Below, one piece after another: positions 16,553 through 28,584 of a stretch of DNA of 64,000 nucleotides. The notes under the pieces were generated by a model. That model did not search any database, was not told the origin of the DNA, and saw nothing but the letters and a program-made list of their open reading frames with translations. Within the stretch, counting starts at the first letter, position 1. Each line of letters starts with the position of its first letter. Source of the DNA: Candidatus Nanopelagicales bacterium (lineage in GTDB: Bacteria; Actinomycetota; Actinomycetes; S36-B12; UBA5976); NCBI GenBank assembly GCA_030157865.1, contig JAOATY010000038.1:52393-116392 (forward strand), written 5' to 3'. Made by a program: the position numbers and the translations under genes.

Positions 16553-18121
16553 CTAGCGGATGAACAACCCTGCATTGATTACCAAATCAAGGACTGGCTG
16601 TGGTGCGATACCCAGAAGCACTGTGAAGGCAGCGCTGGTTCCGATAGCCACAGTCGTCAAAGCACTTGGTACGACTACGCTTGGTCCATCTACTGGAGGC
16701 TCAGTGAAGAACATCAGCACAATGACTCGGGCGTAGAAGAAAGCTGCGACGGCGCTTGCGACAACGGCCACGATTACAAGTGGGGTTGCGCCACCATCGA
16801 TTGCAGCTGTAAATACTGCAAACTTTCCGGTGAAACCACTGGTCAAAGGTATGCCTGCTAGAGCCAACAGGAATAGCGCAAAAATAGTGGCGATCCAAGG
16901 TGACTTCTTACCTAGGCCAGCCCATTGCGATAAGTGAGTGGCTTCACCGGATGCATCTCGTACTAAACCAACGATTGCAAACACGCCAACTGATGTAAAG
17001 CCGTAAGCCAGCAAGTAGAACAGCGTGCTTGAAAGTCCAGCTGCGCTAGTTGAAATCACGCCAAGCAAAATGAAGCCGGTATGAGCAACTGACGAGAAAG
17101 CAAGCATTCGCTTCATGTCAGTTTGAGTAACAGCAAGCAATGAACCGATAACCATCGATAGCACAGCGACTACCCACATCATTGGGCGCCAATCCCAGCG
17201 CATGCCACCGAATGCAACATAGAAAACTCGAAGCAATGCTCCAAAAGCTGCAACCTTTGTGGCCGCACTCATGAACGCCGTTAAAGGTGTTGGTGAACCT
17301 TGGTAAACATCTGGAACCCACTGGTGGAATGGAACCGCTCCAACCTTGAAGAGCAATCCAACCGCAATCATGCCGATACCCGGAATGATCAAGCCATCTT
17401 GTGATGAGTTCTCCATAGCCACGGCAACCGTGCTGAAGTTAACTGAAGACGTTGCCGCATAAATCAAAGCTGCGCCGAATAGGAAGAATGCGCTCGAGAA
17501 CGCTCCAAGAATGAAGTACTTAAGAGCTGCCTCTTGGCTAAGCAATCTACGGCGACGGGCCATGCTGGCGATCAAGTAAAGCGGAAGTGAGAACACTTCA
17601 AGTGCTACGAACATGGTCAAGAAATCATTTGAAACTGGGAAAAGCAGCAAGCCACCAACACAGAATAAATAAAGCGGCCAAATTTCAGTCTGTAACCAGC
17701 CTTGAGCGGTGAACTGGCGTTCGTCTTCACTGCCTGGAAGTGTTGACGATCGGGATGCAAATGCATCACCCTGTGGATCAATCTGACGCTCCGCAAGTAG
17801 CAAGGCAGCTACGAATGAAATCAAAAGGATGATTCCCTGAATCACCATGCCTGGACCGTCGATCGCAATTGATCCACTTGCGGCAAGTTCGCGAAGTCCC
17901 TTAACTTGGCCACCATTAACTAGCGGATCACCAGCAAGTTCAGCGGTCGCATTAATAACAACATAGGCAAACGCCAAAACAATGCTGGCCAGGACCAACA
18001 TCAATTGGATCGGACGACGCAATGTGCGTGGAATAAAGGCTTCGACCAATACTGAAAGTACACCTGACGCCAACAAAATTATGATCGGAGCTAATGCTTG
18101 GTATTCAACGGAAACCTTCAT
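16553..18121 (-). CDS. nuoN: NADH-quinone oxidoreductase subunit N
   Basis: 522-aa antiporter-like polytopic protein. It is last in the nuo operon and has a 4-nt overlap with nuoM. Confidence 0.93.
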   Translation of the reverse strand: MKVSVEYQALAPIIILLASGVLSVLVEAFIPRTLRRPIQLMLVLASIVLAFAYVVINATAELAGDPLVNGGQVKGLRELAASGSIAIDGPGMVIQGIILLISFVAALLLAERQIDPQGDAFASRSSTLPGSEDERQFTAQGWLQTEIWPLYLFCVGGLLLFPVSNDFLTMFVALEVFSLPLYLIASMARRRRLLSQEAALKYFILGAFSSAFFLFGAALIYAATSSVNFSTVAVAMENSSQDGLIIPGIGMIAVGLLFKVGAVPFHQWVPDVYQGSPTPLTAFMSAATKVAAFGALLRVFYVAFGGMRWDWRPMMWVVAVLSMVIGSLLAVTQTDMKRMLAFSSVAHTGFILLGVISTSAAGLSSTLFYLLAYGFTSVGVFAIVGLVRDASGEATHLSQWAGLGKKSPWIATIFALFLLALAGIPLTSGFTGKFAVFTAAIDGGATPLVIVAVVASAVAAFFYARVIVLMFFTEPPVDGPSVVVPSALTTVAIGTSAAFTVLLGIAPQPVLDLVINAGLFIR

Positions 18122-19644
18122 GAGCCGCTCCCTTCAACTACAACTGCTGCTTCTGGATCAGTCACACCTACATATGTCTGGACTTGCTCAACTGCAGGGT
18201 TAATCACATTAAGTGCTACCTGCGGAACAAAACCAAGTGCGATGATGATCGCCAAAACTGGTGCGATGGCTACCAATTCTCGACGTGAAATCTCCGTCAC
18301 GGTTTCTTCAACTTCTTTACTAGGAACACCAGTCATCATTCTTTGGTAGAGCCAAAGAATGTAAACGGCTGCTAAAACAATTCCGAAAGTCGCAATGATC
18401 GCTGCTATTGGATTAACTGCGTAAGTTCCAGCTAGAACCAAGAATTCAGAAATGAAGCTCGACATACCTGGAAGCGCTAAACCGGAAAGTCCTGAGATCA
18501 GGAATACGCCAGTAAGAATTGGCGCAACCTTTTGGACGCCACCAAAATCAGCAATTCGCTTTGATCCTCGACGAGAAACTAAGTAACCCATAACTAGGAA
18601 CAAAGCACCCGTGGAGAATCCATGGTTAACCATGTAGAACGAAGATCCACTTAGGCCTTGTGAGGTCATTACAAAGATGCCTAGAACAATGAAGCCAAAG
18701 TGCGAGATCGAAGTGAATGCCACAAGACGCATGACATCTGTTTGTCCAATGGCTAAAAGTGCACCATAGAAAATACTGATAACTGCAAGCACGATAATTG
18801 CCGGAGCGTAGAACTTACTTGCCTCAGGGAAAATCGGAAGCAAGAAGTGCAACATTCCGAATGTTCCAACTTTGTCGAGTACACCAACCAAAAGTGTTGA
18901 AGTACCTGGTGTTGCTTCTGCTGTGGCATCTGGCAACCAAGTATGGAATGGAACCATCGGGGCCTTCACTGCAAACGCGAAGAAGAAACCTAGGAAAAGC
19001 ATTTTCTGAGTTGCTGGATCCATGTTCAAGGTAGTTAAAGTTTCGAAATCAAAAGTTCCCGTACCTAGTTCACGTCCAGAAACTACGTATAGACCGATCA
19101 AGGAAGCAAGCATGAACAATCCGCCGACAAGTGAATACAGCAAGAACTTCATAGCTGCATATGCACGTTGTGGGCCACCGAATCTTCCAATCAAGAAATA
19201 GATCGGAAACAGCATTGCCTCAAAGAAAACGTAGAACAGGAATAAATCATTCGCAGAAAATACACCGATGATTAATACTTCTAAGGCCAGGATTAAGGCA
19301 AAGAATCCCTTGACGGTTCCACGGCGAGCATTCTCGGCATCCCACCAACCAGCAACAATTACCACTGGAACCAAAATCGCTGCCATAACGATTAATGAGG
19401 CAGAAATTCCGTCAACACCTAAAGTCCAAGAAATTCCAAAAGCTGGAATCCAGTCATAGGACTCAACATGTTGCAGTCCCCCAGATGAATTTTCTAGGCC
19501 AATCACCATAAGTACTGAACCAACCAACGTGGCAACACCAAAACCAAGTGCTACCTGCTTAGCCAGAGTTGGCTTTGCAGCAGGCAACATGAAAACAACA
19601 AGCGACCCAATTAGTGGGATTAGCATCAGCGTCGTAAGCAACAT
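18118..19644 (-). CDS. nuoM: NADH-quinone oxidoreductase subunit M
   Basis: 508-aa antiporter-like subunit, placed by operon position between nuoL and nuoN. Confidence 0.93.
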   Translation of the reverse strand: MLLTTLMLIPLIGSLVVFMLPAAKPTLAKQVALGFGVATLVGSVLMVIGLENSSGGLQHVESYDWIPAFGISWTLGVDGISASLIVMAAILVPVVIVAGWWDAENARRGTVKGFFALILALEVLIIGVFSANDLFLFYVFFEAMLFPIYFLIGRFGGPQRAYAAMKFLLYSLVGGLFMLASLIGLYVVSGRELGTGTFDFETLTTLNMDPATQKMLFLGFFFAFAVKAPMVPFHTWLPDATAEATPGTSTLLVGVLDKVGTFGMLHFLLPIFPEASKFYAPAIIVLAVISIFYGALLAIGQTDVMRLVAFTSISHFGFIVLGIFVMTSQGLSGSSFYMVNHGFSTGALFLVMGYLVSRRGSKRIADFGGVQKVAPILTGVFLISGLSGLALPGMSSFISEFLVLAGTYAVNPIAAIIATFGIVLAAVYILWLYQRMMTGVPSKEVEETVTEISRRELVAIAPVLAIIIALGFVPQVALNVINPAVEQVQTYVGVTDPEAAVVVEGSGS

Positions 19645-19646
19645 GA

Positions 19647-21506
19647 TTAAAGCCTCACTAATAGAAGTACGAGTGCAATCAAAACTGCGCCACCAAGCAT
19701 GGTTAATGCGTAGGAGCGAACGTAACCGTTTTGTAGTCGACGAGCACGAGCCGAAAGACCGCCAGTTGCTGCCGCCAATCCGCTAACCAAACCATCTACT
19801 GCCTTGGAATCAAACCAAATCAATGAGCGAGTTAGGTACTGACCTGGGCGCATGAAGACTGCTTCGTTTAGTGCGTCACCGTATGCGTCTGCTCTTGCGG
19901 CTCTAGTTAGGAAGCGAACATCAGTAGGTGCTGTGACTGGAACTGGTCGGCGACCGTAGCGAAGCCAAGCAAATAGCGCGCCGCCAACTACAACAGCAAG
20001 TGTGATTGGGATCAAAACTGAATGTGAAACTGAGTGTTCTGGTTTAGCGAATCCTGTTACTGGCTCTAACCAGTGTTCGATGTCGCCAACAAACAGCATC
20101 GCCATACCGCCAAAGACCGAACCAAAAGCTAGAACAATCATTGGAATCGTCATGATGGCTGGAGATTCATGTGGATGAACATCATCTTCCCAACGCGCTT
20201 CACCAAAGAAAGTCATAGCCATCATTCGAGTCATGTAGAACGCAGTTACGCCAGCTCCGATTAAGGTAGCCAAACCAATCACCATGCTCTGGCTAAATGC
20301 CACATAGATGATTTCGTCTTTAGACCAGAAGCCTGCAAATGGCGGTACGCCGATAATTGCCAAGAATCCAAGACCAAATGTTGCATAGGTAATTTTCATC
20401 ATGGTTCGAAGTGCACCGTAATGACGCATGTTTACATCGTCATGCATACCGTGCATTACCGAGCCCGCTCCAAGGAACAAGCCGGCTTTGAACATACCGT
20501 GAGTAAGCAGGTGGAAGATTGCAAAGACGTAACCAACTGGTCCAAGTCCAGCAGCCAGGATCATGTAACCAATTTGGCTCATGGTCGAACCAGCAAGACC
20601 CTTCTTAATGTCATCCTTTGCAGTACCAATGAAGGCACCAAGAAGAAGTGTGATTGCTCCAACAATGACAACCGCAGTTCGGGCAGTTTCAGATAGATCA
20701 AAGATTGCGTGTGCTCTAACAATTAAGTAGACACCAGCAGTAACCATGGTTGCTGCGTGAATAAGTGCCGAAACCGGAGTTGGGCCTTCCATTGCGTCAA
20801 GCAACCAGGACTGCAATGGGAACTGGGCACTCTTGCCACATGCAGCCAAAAGCAATGCTAAACCGATCCAAGTGATTGCAGATGAGGAGCCTGATTCTGC
20901 GGCAGCATTAACGCCTTCAAAAGTTACAGTTCCAAAAGTTACGAACATCAACATAATTGCCAAGGAAAGACCAACGTCACCAACACGGTTAACGATAAAT
21001 GCCTTCTTACCTGCCGCAGCAGCAGTTGGCTTTTGTTGGTAGAAGCTAATCAATAAGTAGGAAGCAAGACCAACGCCTTCCCAGCCAACGTAAAGCAAGA
21101 AGTAGTTGTCAGCTAGAACCAAAAGCAGCATTGCAGCAACGAATAGGTTCAAATACGCAAAGAAGCGACGGCGATTTGGATCATGTTCCATGTACCCAAT
21201 TGAGTAGATGTGAATCAACGTGCCGACGCCAGTGATCAAGAGAACGAAAACAATTGATAGTTGATCTAGATGTAAACCAAATGGAACCTGAAAAGCGCCG
21301 ACTGAGATCCAATCGAACAAGTGCTGTCCAACTTCGCGCTCTTCCTCCGACTTACCTGCCATTTGAAGAAATAGGAAAGCGCCGAGAAGGAATGACGCAG
21401 CAGACATCGCAACTGCTAGGAAATGTCCCCAAGCATTAGTACGACGGCCCCCGAGTAAGAGCACTGTGGCGCCAAGTAATGGCAGACCAATAAGAGCGGC
21501 AATCAT
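19647..21506 (-). CDS. nuoL: NADH-quinone oxidoreductase subunit L
   Basis: 619 aa with [12 protein letters not shown] and a long C-terminal lateral-helix region. Confidence 0.93.
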   Translation of the reverse strand: MIAALIGLPLLGATVLLLGGRRTNAWGHFLAVAMSAASFLLGAFLFLQMAGKSEEEREVGQHLFDWISVGAFQVPFGLHLDQLSIVFVLLITGVGTLIHIYSIGYMEHDPNRRRFFAYLNLFVAAMLLLVLADNYFLLYVGWEGVGLASYLLISFYQQKPTAAAAGKKAFIVNRVGDVGLSLAIMLMFVTFGTVTFEGVNAAAESGSSSAITWIGLALLLAACGKSAQFPLQSWLLDAMEGPTPVSALIHAATMVTAGVYLIVRAHAIFDLSETARTAVVIVGAITLLLGAFIGTAKDDIKKGLAGSTMSQIGYMILAAGLGPVGYVFAIFHLLTHGMFKAGLFLGAGSVMHGMHDDVNMRHYGALRTMMKITYATFGLGFLAIIGVPPFAGFWSKDEIIYVAFSQSMVIGLATLIGAGVTAFYMTRMMAMTFFGEARWEDDVHPHESPAIMTIPMIVLAFGSVFGGMAMLFVGDIEHWLEPVTGFAKPEHSVSHSVLIPITLAVVVGGALFAWLRYGRRPVPVTAPTDVRFLTRAARADAYGDALNEAVFMRPGQYLTRSLIWFDSKAVDGLVSGLAAATGGLSARARRLQNGYVRSYALTMLGGAVLIALVLLLVRL

Positions 21507-21516
21507 TTCAGTTCCT

Positions 21517-21816
21517 TTAGTACTTCATCAGACTTGCTTCGTCGATCGAGGCTGATCTACGAGTTCGGAAAATTGTGACAATAATTGCTAGCCCAACAAC
21601 CACTTCTGCGGCAGCAACCACCATTACGAAGAATGCGATTACTAAGCCATCCAAAGTTCCAGTGTTACGAGCAGCGGCAACGAATGCGAGGTTTGCTGCA
21701 TTAAGCATTAACTCAACGCTCATGAAAACGATAATTGCGTTTCGGCGAACCAAAACTCCATAGACACCAATTGTGAAAAGGATGGCTGCCAGGATCAAAT
21801 AATTGTTTGGATTCAC
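21517..21816 (-). CDS. nuoK: NADH-quinone oxidoreductase subunit K
   Basis: 99 aa with 3 TM segments, placed by operon position. Confidence 0.92.
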   Translation of the reverse strand: MNPNNYLILAAILFTIGVYGVLVRRNAIIVFMSVELMLNAANLAFVAAARNTGTLDGLVIAFFVMVVAAAEVVVGLAIIVTIFRTRRSASIDEASLMKY

Positions 21817-22541
21817 TTGCCTGCCTCCTCAATTGAATTGGACTTAGACACTTGGCCTTCGCCGCGGAATGCATTTGGCAGAGATTCAATTGAAGTTGTT
21901 CCATCTGGCAACAGCGCAGGCGTATCAACCGAGTTATTTCTTGCTAGAACACCAGGCGCTGGAAGTGGAGTCACATGATTGCTAAAGGTACGTTCCTTTT
22001 GCAATTGGTCCTGAGTCTTGCGAGGTGTCCATCTTTCGTTGTGAGCCAAAACCATCGCACCAAGAGCTGCGGTGATCAATAGTGCTGACAAAGCTTCGAA
22101 AGCGAAAAGGTAGGTTCCAAAAACCAGGAATCCGATTGCTTGCAGATGGCCACCGTAGCCAGCATTAGCAATCGCTAATCCAGCTGATGGTGAAGACAAA
22201 GTGCTAGCAATTGAAGCCACAATCACTCCGCCAAAAGTTAAGGCAAAGAGACTTGCTAGCAGTCGTTGACCCTTGATTGTTTCTAGAAGTGAATCCGAAG
22301 AATCAACGCCAACAATCATCAGCACGAATAGGAACAGCATCATTACTGCTCCGGTGTAAACAATGATCTGAGTCGTTCCTAGAAATGGTGCTTCAAGTGC
22401 AAAGTAAAGAACTGCAATATTGACCATTGCAAATGCAACCCATAGCGCGCTGTGCACAGCCTTCTTTGAAACCACCATGCCTAGTGCACCGACTACGGCG
22501 AACGTACCCGAGACCCAAAAAACTACGCTCTCGCCATTCAC
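21813..22541 (-). CDS. nuoJ: NADH-quinone oxidoreductase subunit J
   Basis: 242 aa with 5 TM segments plus a hydrophilic tail, placed by operon position. Confidence 0.9.
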   Translation of the reverse strand: MNGESVVFWVSGTFAVVGALGMVVSKKAVHSALWVAFAMVNIAVLYFALEAPFLGTTQIIVYTGAVMMLFLFVLMIVGVDSSDSLLETIKGQRLLASLFALTFGGVIVASIASTLSSPSAGLAIANAGYGGHLQAIGFLVFGTYLFAFEALSALLITAALGAMVLAHNERWTPRKTQDQLQKERTFSNHVTPLPAPGVLARNNSVDTPALLPDGTTSIESLPNAFRGEGQVSKSNSIEEAGK

Positions 22542-23089
22542 TTATCGTCACCTACTTTTACTGTCGTAGGTGTTGGGCTGCTGCCAACTTTGCCTTCGTA
22601 ATAATCGATTGCAGTTGTGCCCGGTGCCATATCGTGTGGCGGAAGTTCCATCCCTGACAAAAGCGGAGCAAGTAAATCTTCTTTTGTGAAGATTAGTTTC
22701 TCACGACTATCGTCAGCTAATTCATATTCGTTTGTCATGGTTAGTGCACGTGTTGGACACGCTTCGATGCAAAGTCCGCAAAGAATGCAACGCAAGTAAT
22801 TGATTTGGTAAGTGCGACCGTAACGCTCACCTGGTGAAAAACGTTCTTCTTCAGTGTTGTCCGCACCTTCAACATAAATTGCATCTGCTGGACAAGCCCA
22901 AGCACATAGTTCACAACCGATGCACTTTTCTAGGCCATCTGGATGCCGATTAAGTTGATGGCGACCATGGAAGCGTGGCTTTGGTGGATACTTGTCGCGC
23001 TCTTCTGGGTACTGCTCAGTTGTTACCTTCTTGAACATCGACAAGAAAGTAACGCCGAATCCACGGATGACTTGTGGAACTTTAGACAT
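22538..23089 (-). CDS. nuoI: NADH-quinone oxidoreductase subunit I
   Basis: [12 protein letters not shown] and [12 protein letters not shown] motifs. Confidence 0.95.
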   Translation of the reverse strand: MSKVPQVIRGFGVTFLSMFKKVTTEQYPEERDKYPPKPRFHGRHQLNRHPDGLEKCIGCELCAWACPADAIYVEGADNTEEERFSPGERYGRTYQINYLRCILCGLCIEACPTRALTMTNEYELADDSREKLIFTKEDLLAPLLSGMELPPHDMAPGTTAIDYYEGKVGSSPTPTTVKVGDDK

Positions 23090-24426
23090 TAGTTGCCCTC
23101 CGTAGTTTCCGCTGGGGTGTGGGATGCAGGTGCACCGCTTGAAATCGTTGCCTTCATACGTCGTGACGGTTGAGCAACCTGACCTGGCATTGGTGGAACT
23201 GGGAAGCCGCCAGCAAATGGATCGAACTCTTGCTCTGCCTCAATCGCAATTCGCTGTTCTTCAGCTTCATCAGATTTCTTACGTCGCAAATCAAGTGTGT
23301 AAGAAACTAAGACAACTACAACTAGAACTGCGCTGGCAGCAAATAACAAGTTGCGCGACTCCAGTCCACCTTCATTGCGTAGGTAGCGAGCTACGGAAAC
23401 GATCAAAATCCAAACGATCGAAACTGGGATAAGAACCTTCCAGCCGAACTTCATGAATTGGTCGTAGCGCAGACGCGGCAGCGTGCCACGAAGCCAGATG
23501 AATACGAAGATGAATGCAAATACCTTGCCAAAGAACCAAAGCATTGGCCACCAGCCCACATTTGCCTGATCCCAAAGTGAGATTGGCCAAGGTGCACGCC
23601 AGCCGCCAAGGAAAAGTGTGGTTGCAAGTGCGGAAACGGTAACCATGTTTACGTATTCAGCCAAGAAGAACAGTGCGAACTTCAAAGATGAGTACTCAGT
23701 ATGGAAACCACCAACGAGTTCGCCTTCAGCTTCCGGCAAATCGAAAGGTGCGCGGTTAGTTTCGCCAACCATGGCAGTTGTGTAAATGATGAATGAAGGC
23801 AGCAACAAAACGATGTACCACATCGGTTCTTGGGCAGCCACAATTTGAGAAGTCGACATTGACTGTGCGTAAAGGAATACCGCAACGAACGAGAGTCCCA
23901 TCGCAATTTCGTAGCTGATCATTTGTGCTGAGGAGCGAAGTCCACCGAGAAGTGGGTAAATCGATCCGGATGACCAACCTGCAAGCACGATGCCATAAAT
24001 ACCGACAGATGCGATTGCTAATACATATAGAACTGAAACTGGGAAGTCAGTTAGCTGAAGTGGTGTCACAGTTCCAAAAATAGAAACCTGCGGTCCAAGT
24101 GGAATCACGGCAAAGGTTAAGAATGCGGTGGTTGCTGCAATAACTGGAGCAATTACGTAAACCGCTAAGTGTGCACCCTTTGGAATGATTTCTTCCTTAA
24201 GTGCCAGCTTGATTCCGTCCATCAAAGACTGCAAAAGGCCAAATGGTCCAACTCGGTTTGGTCCGATACGCATTTGCATGCGACCAACAACGCGACGCTC
24301 TGCCCAAATAGTAAGAAGAGTCATCAAAACCATGATTACGAAAATGCCCAAAACCTTAACTGCGATTACCGCAGCTGGATCATTTCCGAAGATTCCTAGA
24401 TCTCCCTGTGCTTGAGAGTGAAACAT
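23089..24426 (-). CDS. nuoH: NADH-quinone oxidoreductase subunit H
   Basis: 445 aa and polytopic, with [21 protein letters not shown]. Confidence 0.95.
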   Translation of the reverse strand: MFHSQAQGDLGIFGNDPAAVIAVKVLGIFVIMVLMTLLTIWAERRVVGRMQMRIGPNRVGPFGLLQSLMDGIKLALKEEIIPKGAHLAVYVIAPVIAATTAFLTFAVIPLGPQVSIFGTVTPLQLTDFPVSVLYVLAIASVGIYGIVLAGWSSGSIYPLLGGLRSSAQMISYEIAMGLSFVAVFLYAQSMSTSQIVAAQEPMWYIVLLLPSFIIYTTAMVGETNRAPFDLPEAEGELVGGFHTEYSSLKFALFFLAEYVNMVTVSALATTLFLGGWRAPWPISLWDQANVGWWPMLWFFGKVFAFIFVFIWLRGTLPRLRYDQFMKFGWKVLIPVSIVWILIVSVARYLRNEGGLESRNLLFAASAVLVVVVLVSYTLDLRRKKSDEAEEQRIAIEAEQEFDPFAGGFPVPPMPGQVAQPSRRMKATISSGAPASHTPAETTEGN

Positions 24427-26642
24427 TAGTTACCTCCCTGTGAAACTTCTACGACGCAGCCAGAAGGCAAATTCAATGAACTTCCTTCGCTGTTTGCTGG
24501 TAACCAAACAACATCGTCTGTCATTCCAGCAGTAACAATCAATGGTGCGCTTGCGCTATTGCCACAGCAGCTAACTGTTGCAGTGCCACCATCAACCAAG
24601 TTCAGCTTCTGTGCAGTTGCTGGGCTGACTCGAACTACAGCAACTCGTGCAGTAGCTGCCAAATATGGTTCTCCACTTTGTAAAGATCCCTTATCTAGCA
24701 AGTGGCGCCAAGTCGAAAGAACCGCTTGTCCGTTGCCGACTGATTCAGTTGACGCAGCATCTGCCTTTAGTGCTGGCTTAGTTGCAGAAGCCCAGAAATC
24801 GGAAACTGAAAGTGACTTTCCAAGTTCACGAGCTAACTCACCGAGTACATCAGCGTCACTTAGTGCACCTGGAGTTGGAATGACTGCAGCGAAGCTGCGG
24901 TCACGGCCTTCCCAGTTTCGGAAAGTTCCAGCTTTTTCAGTTACAACTGCAACTGGCAAAACAACATCGGCTTCAGCTGTGATTTCGGTGTGACGAGTTT
25001 CTAGCGAAACGACAAACTGTGCCTTATCGATTGCGGACAACAAGTCGCCATCAACATCTTCTGGAGAAACGCCACCGATAACTAGTCCCTTAACTGCTGA
25101 TCCAGTTGCGGAAACAATTTCAGAAGTGTTGCGGCCATCGATAGGAAGCAAACCTGCATCAAGTGCGCCACGATCGCCCGCACGTCTTGGAATCCAAGCC
25201 AACTTCGCACCAGTCTTGGCAGCCAGTTCAGCTACAGCAGTAAGTGCACCTGGAGTTTGGGCAGCACGCTCTCCGACCAAAATCACGCTATCGCCAGAAA
25301 GGTGGCTAGCTGCAGATGCGATTACCGAAACTTCTTCGCGCGGACCTGCTGCCAGCAAAGTTCCCTTCATCTTGGCAAGTCCAGCACTTGTGTATGGTGC
25401 GACCGCAAAGACCTTCGTTGTGCCACTTAACGCAGCCTTACGAAGACGCAAGAAAACAATTGGCGATTCATCTTCAGGTTCAAATGAAACTAAAAGCACA
25501 CTCTTTGCTGCTTCCAAATCACCATAAGTAACGTCCATTGGCTTGTTTGCTACATGATTTGCAAGGAAAGCTGTTTCTTCGTTGCTAACTGCGCGAGCAC
25601 GGAAGTCCACATCGTTGGTGCCAAGTACTTCTCTGGCAAACGATGCATATGCTTTGGCATCCTCAACAGTTACGCGGCCACCAGTTAATACAGCGGTTGA
25701 CTTACCGATACCAGCTAGTCCAGCAGCTGCTACGCGTAGAGCCTCTGGCCATGATGCTGGCCCTAAGTTGCCTGCTTCGTCGCGAACTAATGGATGAGTT
25801 AAGCGGCCTTCGCTTGTGTAAGGGAATGCAAATCTTCCCTTGTCGCAGTTCCACTCTTCGTTAACTTCTGGAGCGTCCCATGCCAAACGGCGCATAACTG
25901 TGCTGCGGCGAACGTCGGTGCGAAGTGCACAACCACTTGCGCAGTGTTCACATGCAGTTGGTGTGCTGATCAAATCAAATGGGCGGGAACGGAAGCGGTA
26001 CTTCGCGCTCGTCAATGCGCCAACTGGACAGATCTGAATTGTGTTGCCAGAGAAGTATGAATCAAATGGCTGATCTTCAGAGGTTCCAACTTGCTGCTTT
26101 GCGCCGCGCTCTAGCAATTCAATGAACGGGTCGCCGGCAATTTGATCTGCGAATCGAGTGCAACGCGCACAAGAAACACAACGCTCGCGATCAAGCAGAA
26201 CTTGAGCGCTTACATTGATTGGCTTAGGAAAAGTTCGCTTGGTGCCTTCGAATCTGGTTTCACCCTGACCATTTGTCATGGCCTGGTTTTGCAACGGGCA
26301 TTCGCCGCCCTTGTCGCAAATTGGGCAATCAAGTGGGTGGTTGATCAACAAGAATTCCATAACGCCGGCTTGGGCTTTTTCGGCCATTTCGCTGGTGTGC
26401 TGAGTCTTGATAACCATGCCGTCAGAAACGGTAACTGCACATGAAGGTTGTGGCTTGCCTTGTCCTTCGATTTCAACAAGACACATGCGACATGCAGCTA
26501 CTGGATCAAGAAGTGGGTGATCGCAGAAGCGTGGGATCGCCGTACCAAGCATTTCAGCAACGCGAATAATCAAGGTTCCAGCTGGAACTTCAACTACTAC
26601 GCCATCAACGGTGACGGTAACAGTTTGGGTAGTTACGGTCAT
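24426..26642 (-). CDS. nuoG: NADH-quinone oxidoreductase subunit G
   Basis: 738 aa. An N-terminal 2Fe-2S/4Fe-4S cysteine array ([31 protein letters not shown]) is followed by a molybdopterin-oxidoreductase-like domain. Confidence 0.95.
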   Translation of the reverse strand: MTVTTQTVTVTVDGVVVEVPAGTLIIRVAEMLGTAIPRFCDHPLLDPVAACRMCLVEIEGQGKPQPSCAVTVSDGMVIKTQHTSEMAEKAQAGVMEFLLINHPLDCPICDKGGECPLQNQAMTNGQGETRFEGTKRTFPKPINVSAQVLLDRERCVSCARCTRFADQIAGDPFIELLERGAKQQVGTSEDQPFDSYFSGNTIQICPVGALTSAKYRFRSRPFDLISTPTACEHCASGCALRTDVRRSTVMRRLAWDAPEVNEEWNCDKGRFAFPYTSEGRLTHPLVRDEAGNLGPASWPEALRVAAAGLAGIGKSTAVLTGGRVTVEDAKAYASFAREVLGTNDVDFRARAVSNEETAFLANHVANKPMDVTYGDLEAAKSVLLVSFEPEDESPIVFLRLRKAALSGTTKVFAVAPYTSAGLAKMKGTLLAAGPREEVSVIASAASHLSGDSVILVGERAAQTPGALTAVAELAAKTGAKLAWIPRRAGDRGALDAGLLPIDGRNTSEIVSATGSAVKGLVIGGVSPEDVDGDLLSAIDKAQFVVSLETRHTEITAEADVVLPVAVVTEKAGTFRNWEGRDRSFAAVIPTPGALSDADVLGELARELGKSLSVSDFWASATKPALKADAASTESVGNGQAVLSTWRHLLDKGSLQSGEPYLAATARVAVVRVSPATAQKLNLVDGGTATVSCCGNSASAPLIVTAGMTDDVVWLPANSEGSSLNLPSGCVVEVSQGGN

Positions 26643-27940
26643 CGAGTTGCTCCTGCAAATACTGTGGCGGCTACTGGATCAAAGCTTTCATTCGCTGGCG
26701 CATTTGTTGCCTGCACGAATTCATCGCGGAAGTACTTAAGTGCGGCTGGGAATGGAGTCGCAGCTGCATCACCAAGTGCACAGAAGGAACGACCGGCAAT
26801 CTGTGAACAGATATCGATCAACTTATCTAGATCTGCTTCAGTGCCATGACCATCTTCGAAACGATGAAGCACGTCACTTAACCACCAAGTGCCTTCACGA
26901 CATGGCGTGCATTTGCCACAAGATTCGTGCTTGTAGAAAGCCAACCAGCCAGTGACGGCGCGAACCACAGAAGTAGTTTCATCAAAAATCATTGGGGTAC
27001 CAGTTCCAAGCATGGAACCAGCTGCTGCAATGTCTTCGTAGGTAAGTGGCGTATCAAGTAAGTCTGGAGTCAACATTGGAACGGAAGATCCACCTGGTAG
27101 CCAGAACTTAACTTTGTGTCCATCGCGAACTCCCCCAGCATGCTCAAGAAGTTCGCGCATTGTGATGCCAAGCGGAGCTTCATAAATACCTGGGCGATTT
27201 ACGTGACCTGAAACGGCGAACAACTTAAAGCCTGGAGACTTTTCAGTTCCGAATGACTTGAACCAATCAACACCGTTGTTAACGATGTAAGGAATGTTTG
27301 CAATTGTTTCAACGTTGTTGACACAAGATGGTGAGGCATAAAGACCAGCGACCGCTGGGAACGGTGGCTTTAGTCTTGGCTGGCCGCGACGACCTTCCAA
27401 TGAATCAAGCAATGCAGTTTCTTCACCACAAATGTATGCACCGGCACCCGCGTGCAAAACAACTTCAAGATCAAATCCTGATCCCATGATGTTCTTGCCA
27501 AGGTAACCAGCTGCGTACGCTTCGCGAATTGCACTATTAACTCGACGGAAAACGTGTGGGACTTCACCACGTAGATAGATGAAGGCATGGTTAGCGCGCA
27601 TTGCATAAGCCGCAATAATTACGCCTTCAATAAGTGCGTGAGGGTTCGCCATCATTAATGGGATGTCTTTGCAGGCACCTGGTTCTGATTCATCAGCGTT
27701 GATCACTAAGTAATGTGGCTTGTCGTCACCCTGCGGAACAAAGCTCCACTTCAGGCCTGTTGGGAAACCTGCGCCACCGCGACCGCGAAGACCTGAGTCC
27801 TTCACAAGCGAAATGATTTCGTCTGGCCCGGTTGCAAAAGCCTTCTTGAATGCGGTGTAACCACCGTTGCGCATATAGCCAGCGATTTTGTAGGAATCTG
27901 CTTCATCCCAATGTGCGCTAAGTACTGGAGTTAATGTCAT
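26639..27940 (-). CDS. nuoF: NADH-quinone oxidoreductase subunit F
   Basis: GRGGAGFPTGLKW (FMN/NADH site) and ESCGKCTPCREG (cluster N3). Confidence 0.96.
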   Translation of the reverse strand: MTLTPVLSAHWDEADSYKIAGYMRNGGYTAFKKAFATGPDEIISLVKDSGLRGRGGAGFPTGLKWSFVPQGDDKPHYLVINADESEPGACKDIPLMMANPHALIEGVIIAAYAMRANHAFIYLRGEVPHVFRRVNSAIREAYAAGYLGKNIMGSGFDLEVVLHAGAGAYICGEETALLDSLEGRRGQPRLKPPFPAVAGLYASPSCVNNVETIANIPYIVNNGVDWFKSFGTEKSPGFKLFAVSGHVNRPGIYEAPLGITMRELLEHAGGVRDGHKVKFWLPGGSSVPMLTPDLLDTPLTYEDIAAAGSMLGTGTPMIFDETTSVVRAVTGWLAFYKHESCGKCTPCREGTWWLSDVLHRFEDGHGTEADLDKLIDICSQIAGRSFCALGDAAATPFPAALKYFRDEFVQATNAPANESFDPVAATVFAGATR

Positions 27941-28584
27941 TTCTTTACTCCTGGTGCACTTTGGCCAAGTTCCTTGGCGCGCTTCAAGCCAGCAAGCATT
28001 TGCTCATCAGCCTGAACACCTTCATCTACTAGACCGTCGTCAAAACCAGCTAGCGTTAATTCGTTTTCCTTGAAGGTGCGAATTCTTGGACCGCGAGTAC
28101 TCATAACTTCTTTTCCACTGACGAGCTTTTCAACAACGTCAATTGCAGATTCTGGAGTCATGTTGTCTAGGAATTCCCAGTTCGCTGTCATTACTGGTGC
28201 GTGTGTACAAGCAGCTTGGCATTCAATGCGCTCAAGAGAAATTTTTCCGTCTGGAGTTACTTCGTCATGACCAATGCCAAGGCGAGAACTTAACTTCTCC
28301 CAAATCGCGTCGCCACCAAGAATTCCACAACCAGGGTTAATGCAAACACCTACGTGGTATTCGCCAGCTGGCTTGCGGTGATACATCGTGTAAAAAGTTG
28401 CAACTGCTGCTACTTCAGCAGTTGTCAATGAAAGTTCTTCGGCACACAATGCAATGCCATCAGCACTTACGTAACCTTCTTCTGCCTGCACCAAGTGCAG
28501 CATCGGAAGCAGAGCTGAACGAGCCTGCGGGTAACGCGAAATGATTTCGCGCGCCTGCACTCGAGTTGATTCAGAAAGTGACAT
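27937..28584 (-). CDS. nuoE: NADH-quinone oxidoreductase subunit E
   Basis: Thioredoxin-like 2Fe-2S subunit with GVCINPGC and ECQAACTHAP. Confidence 0.94.
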   Translation of the reverse strand: MSLSESTRVQAREIISRYPQARSALLPMLHLVQAEEGYVSADGIALCAEELSLTTAEVAAVATFYTMYHRKPAGEYHVGVCINPGCGILGGDAIWEKLSSRLGIGHDEVTPDGKISLERIECQAACTHAPVMTANWEFLDNMTPESAIDVVEKLVSGKEVMSTRGPRIRTFKENELTLAGFDDGLVDEGVQADEQMLAGLKRAKELGQSAPGVKK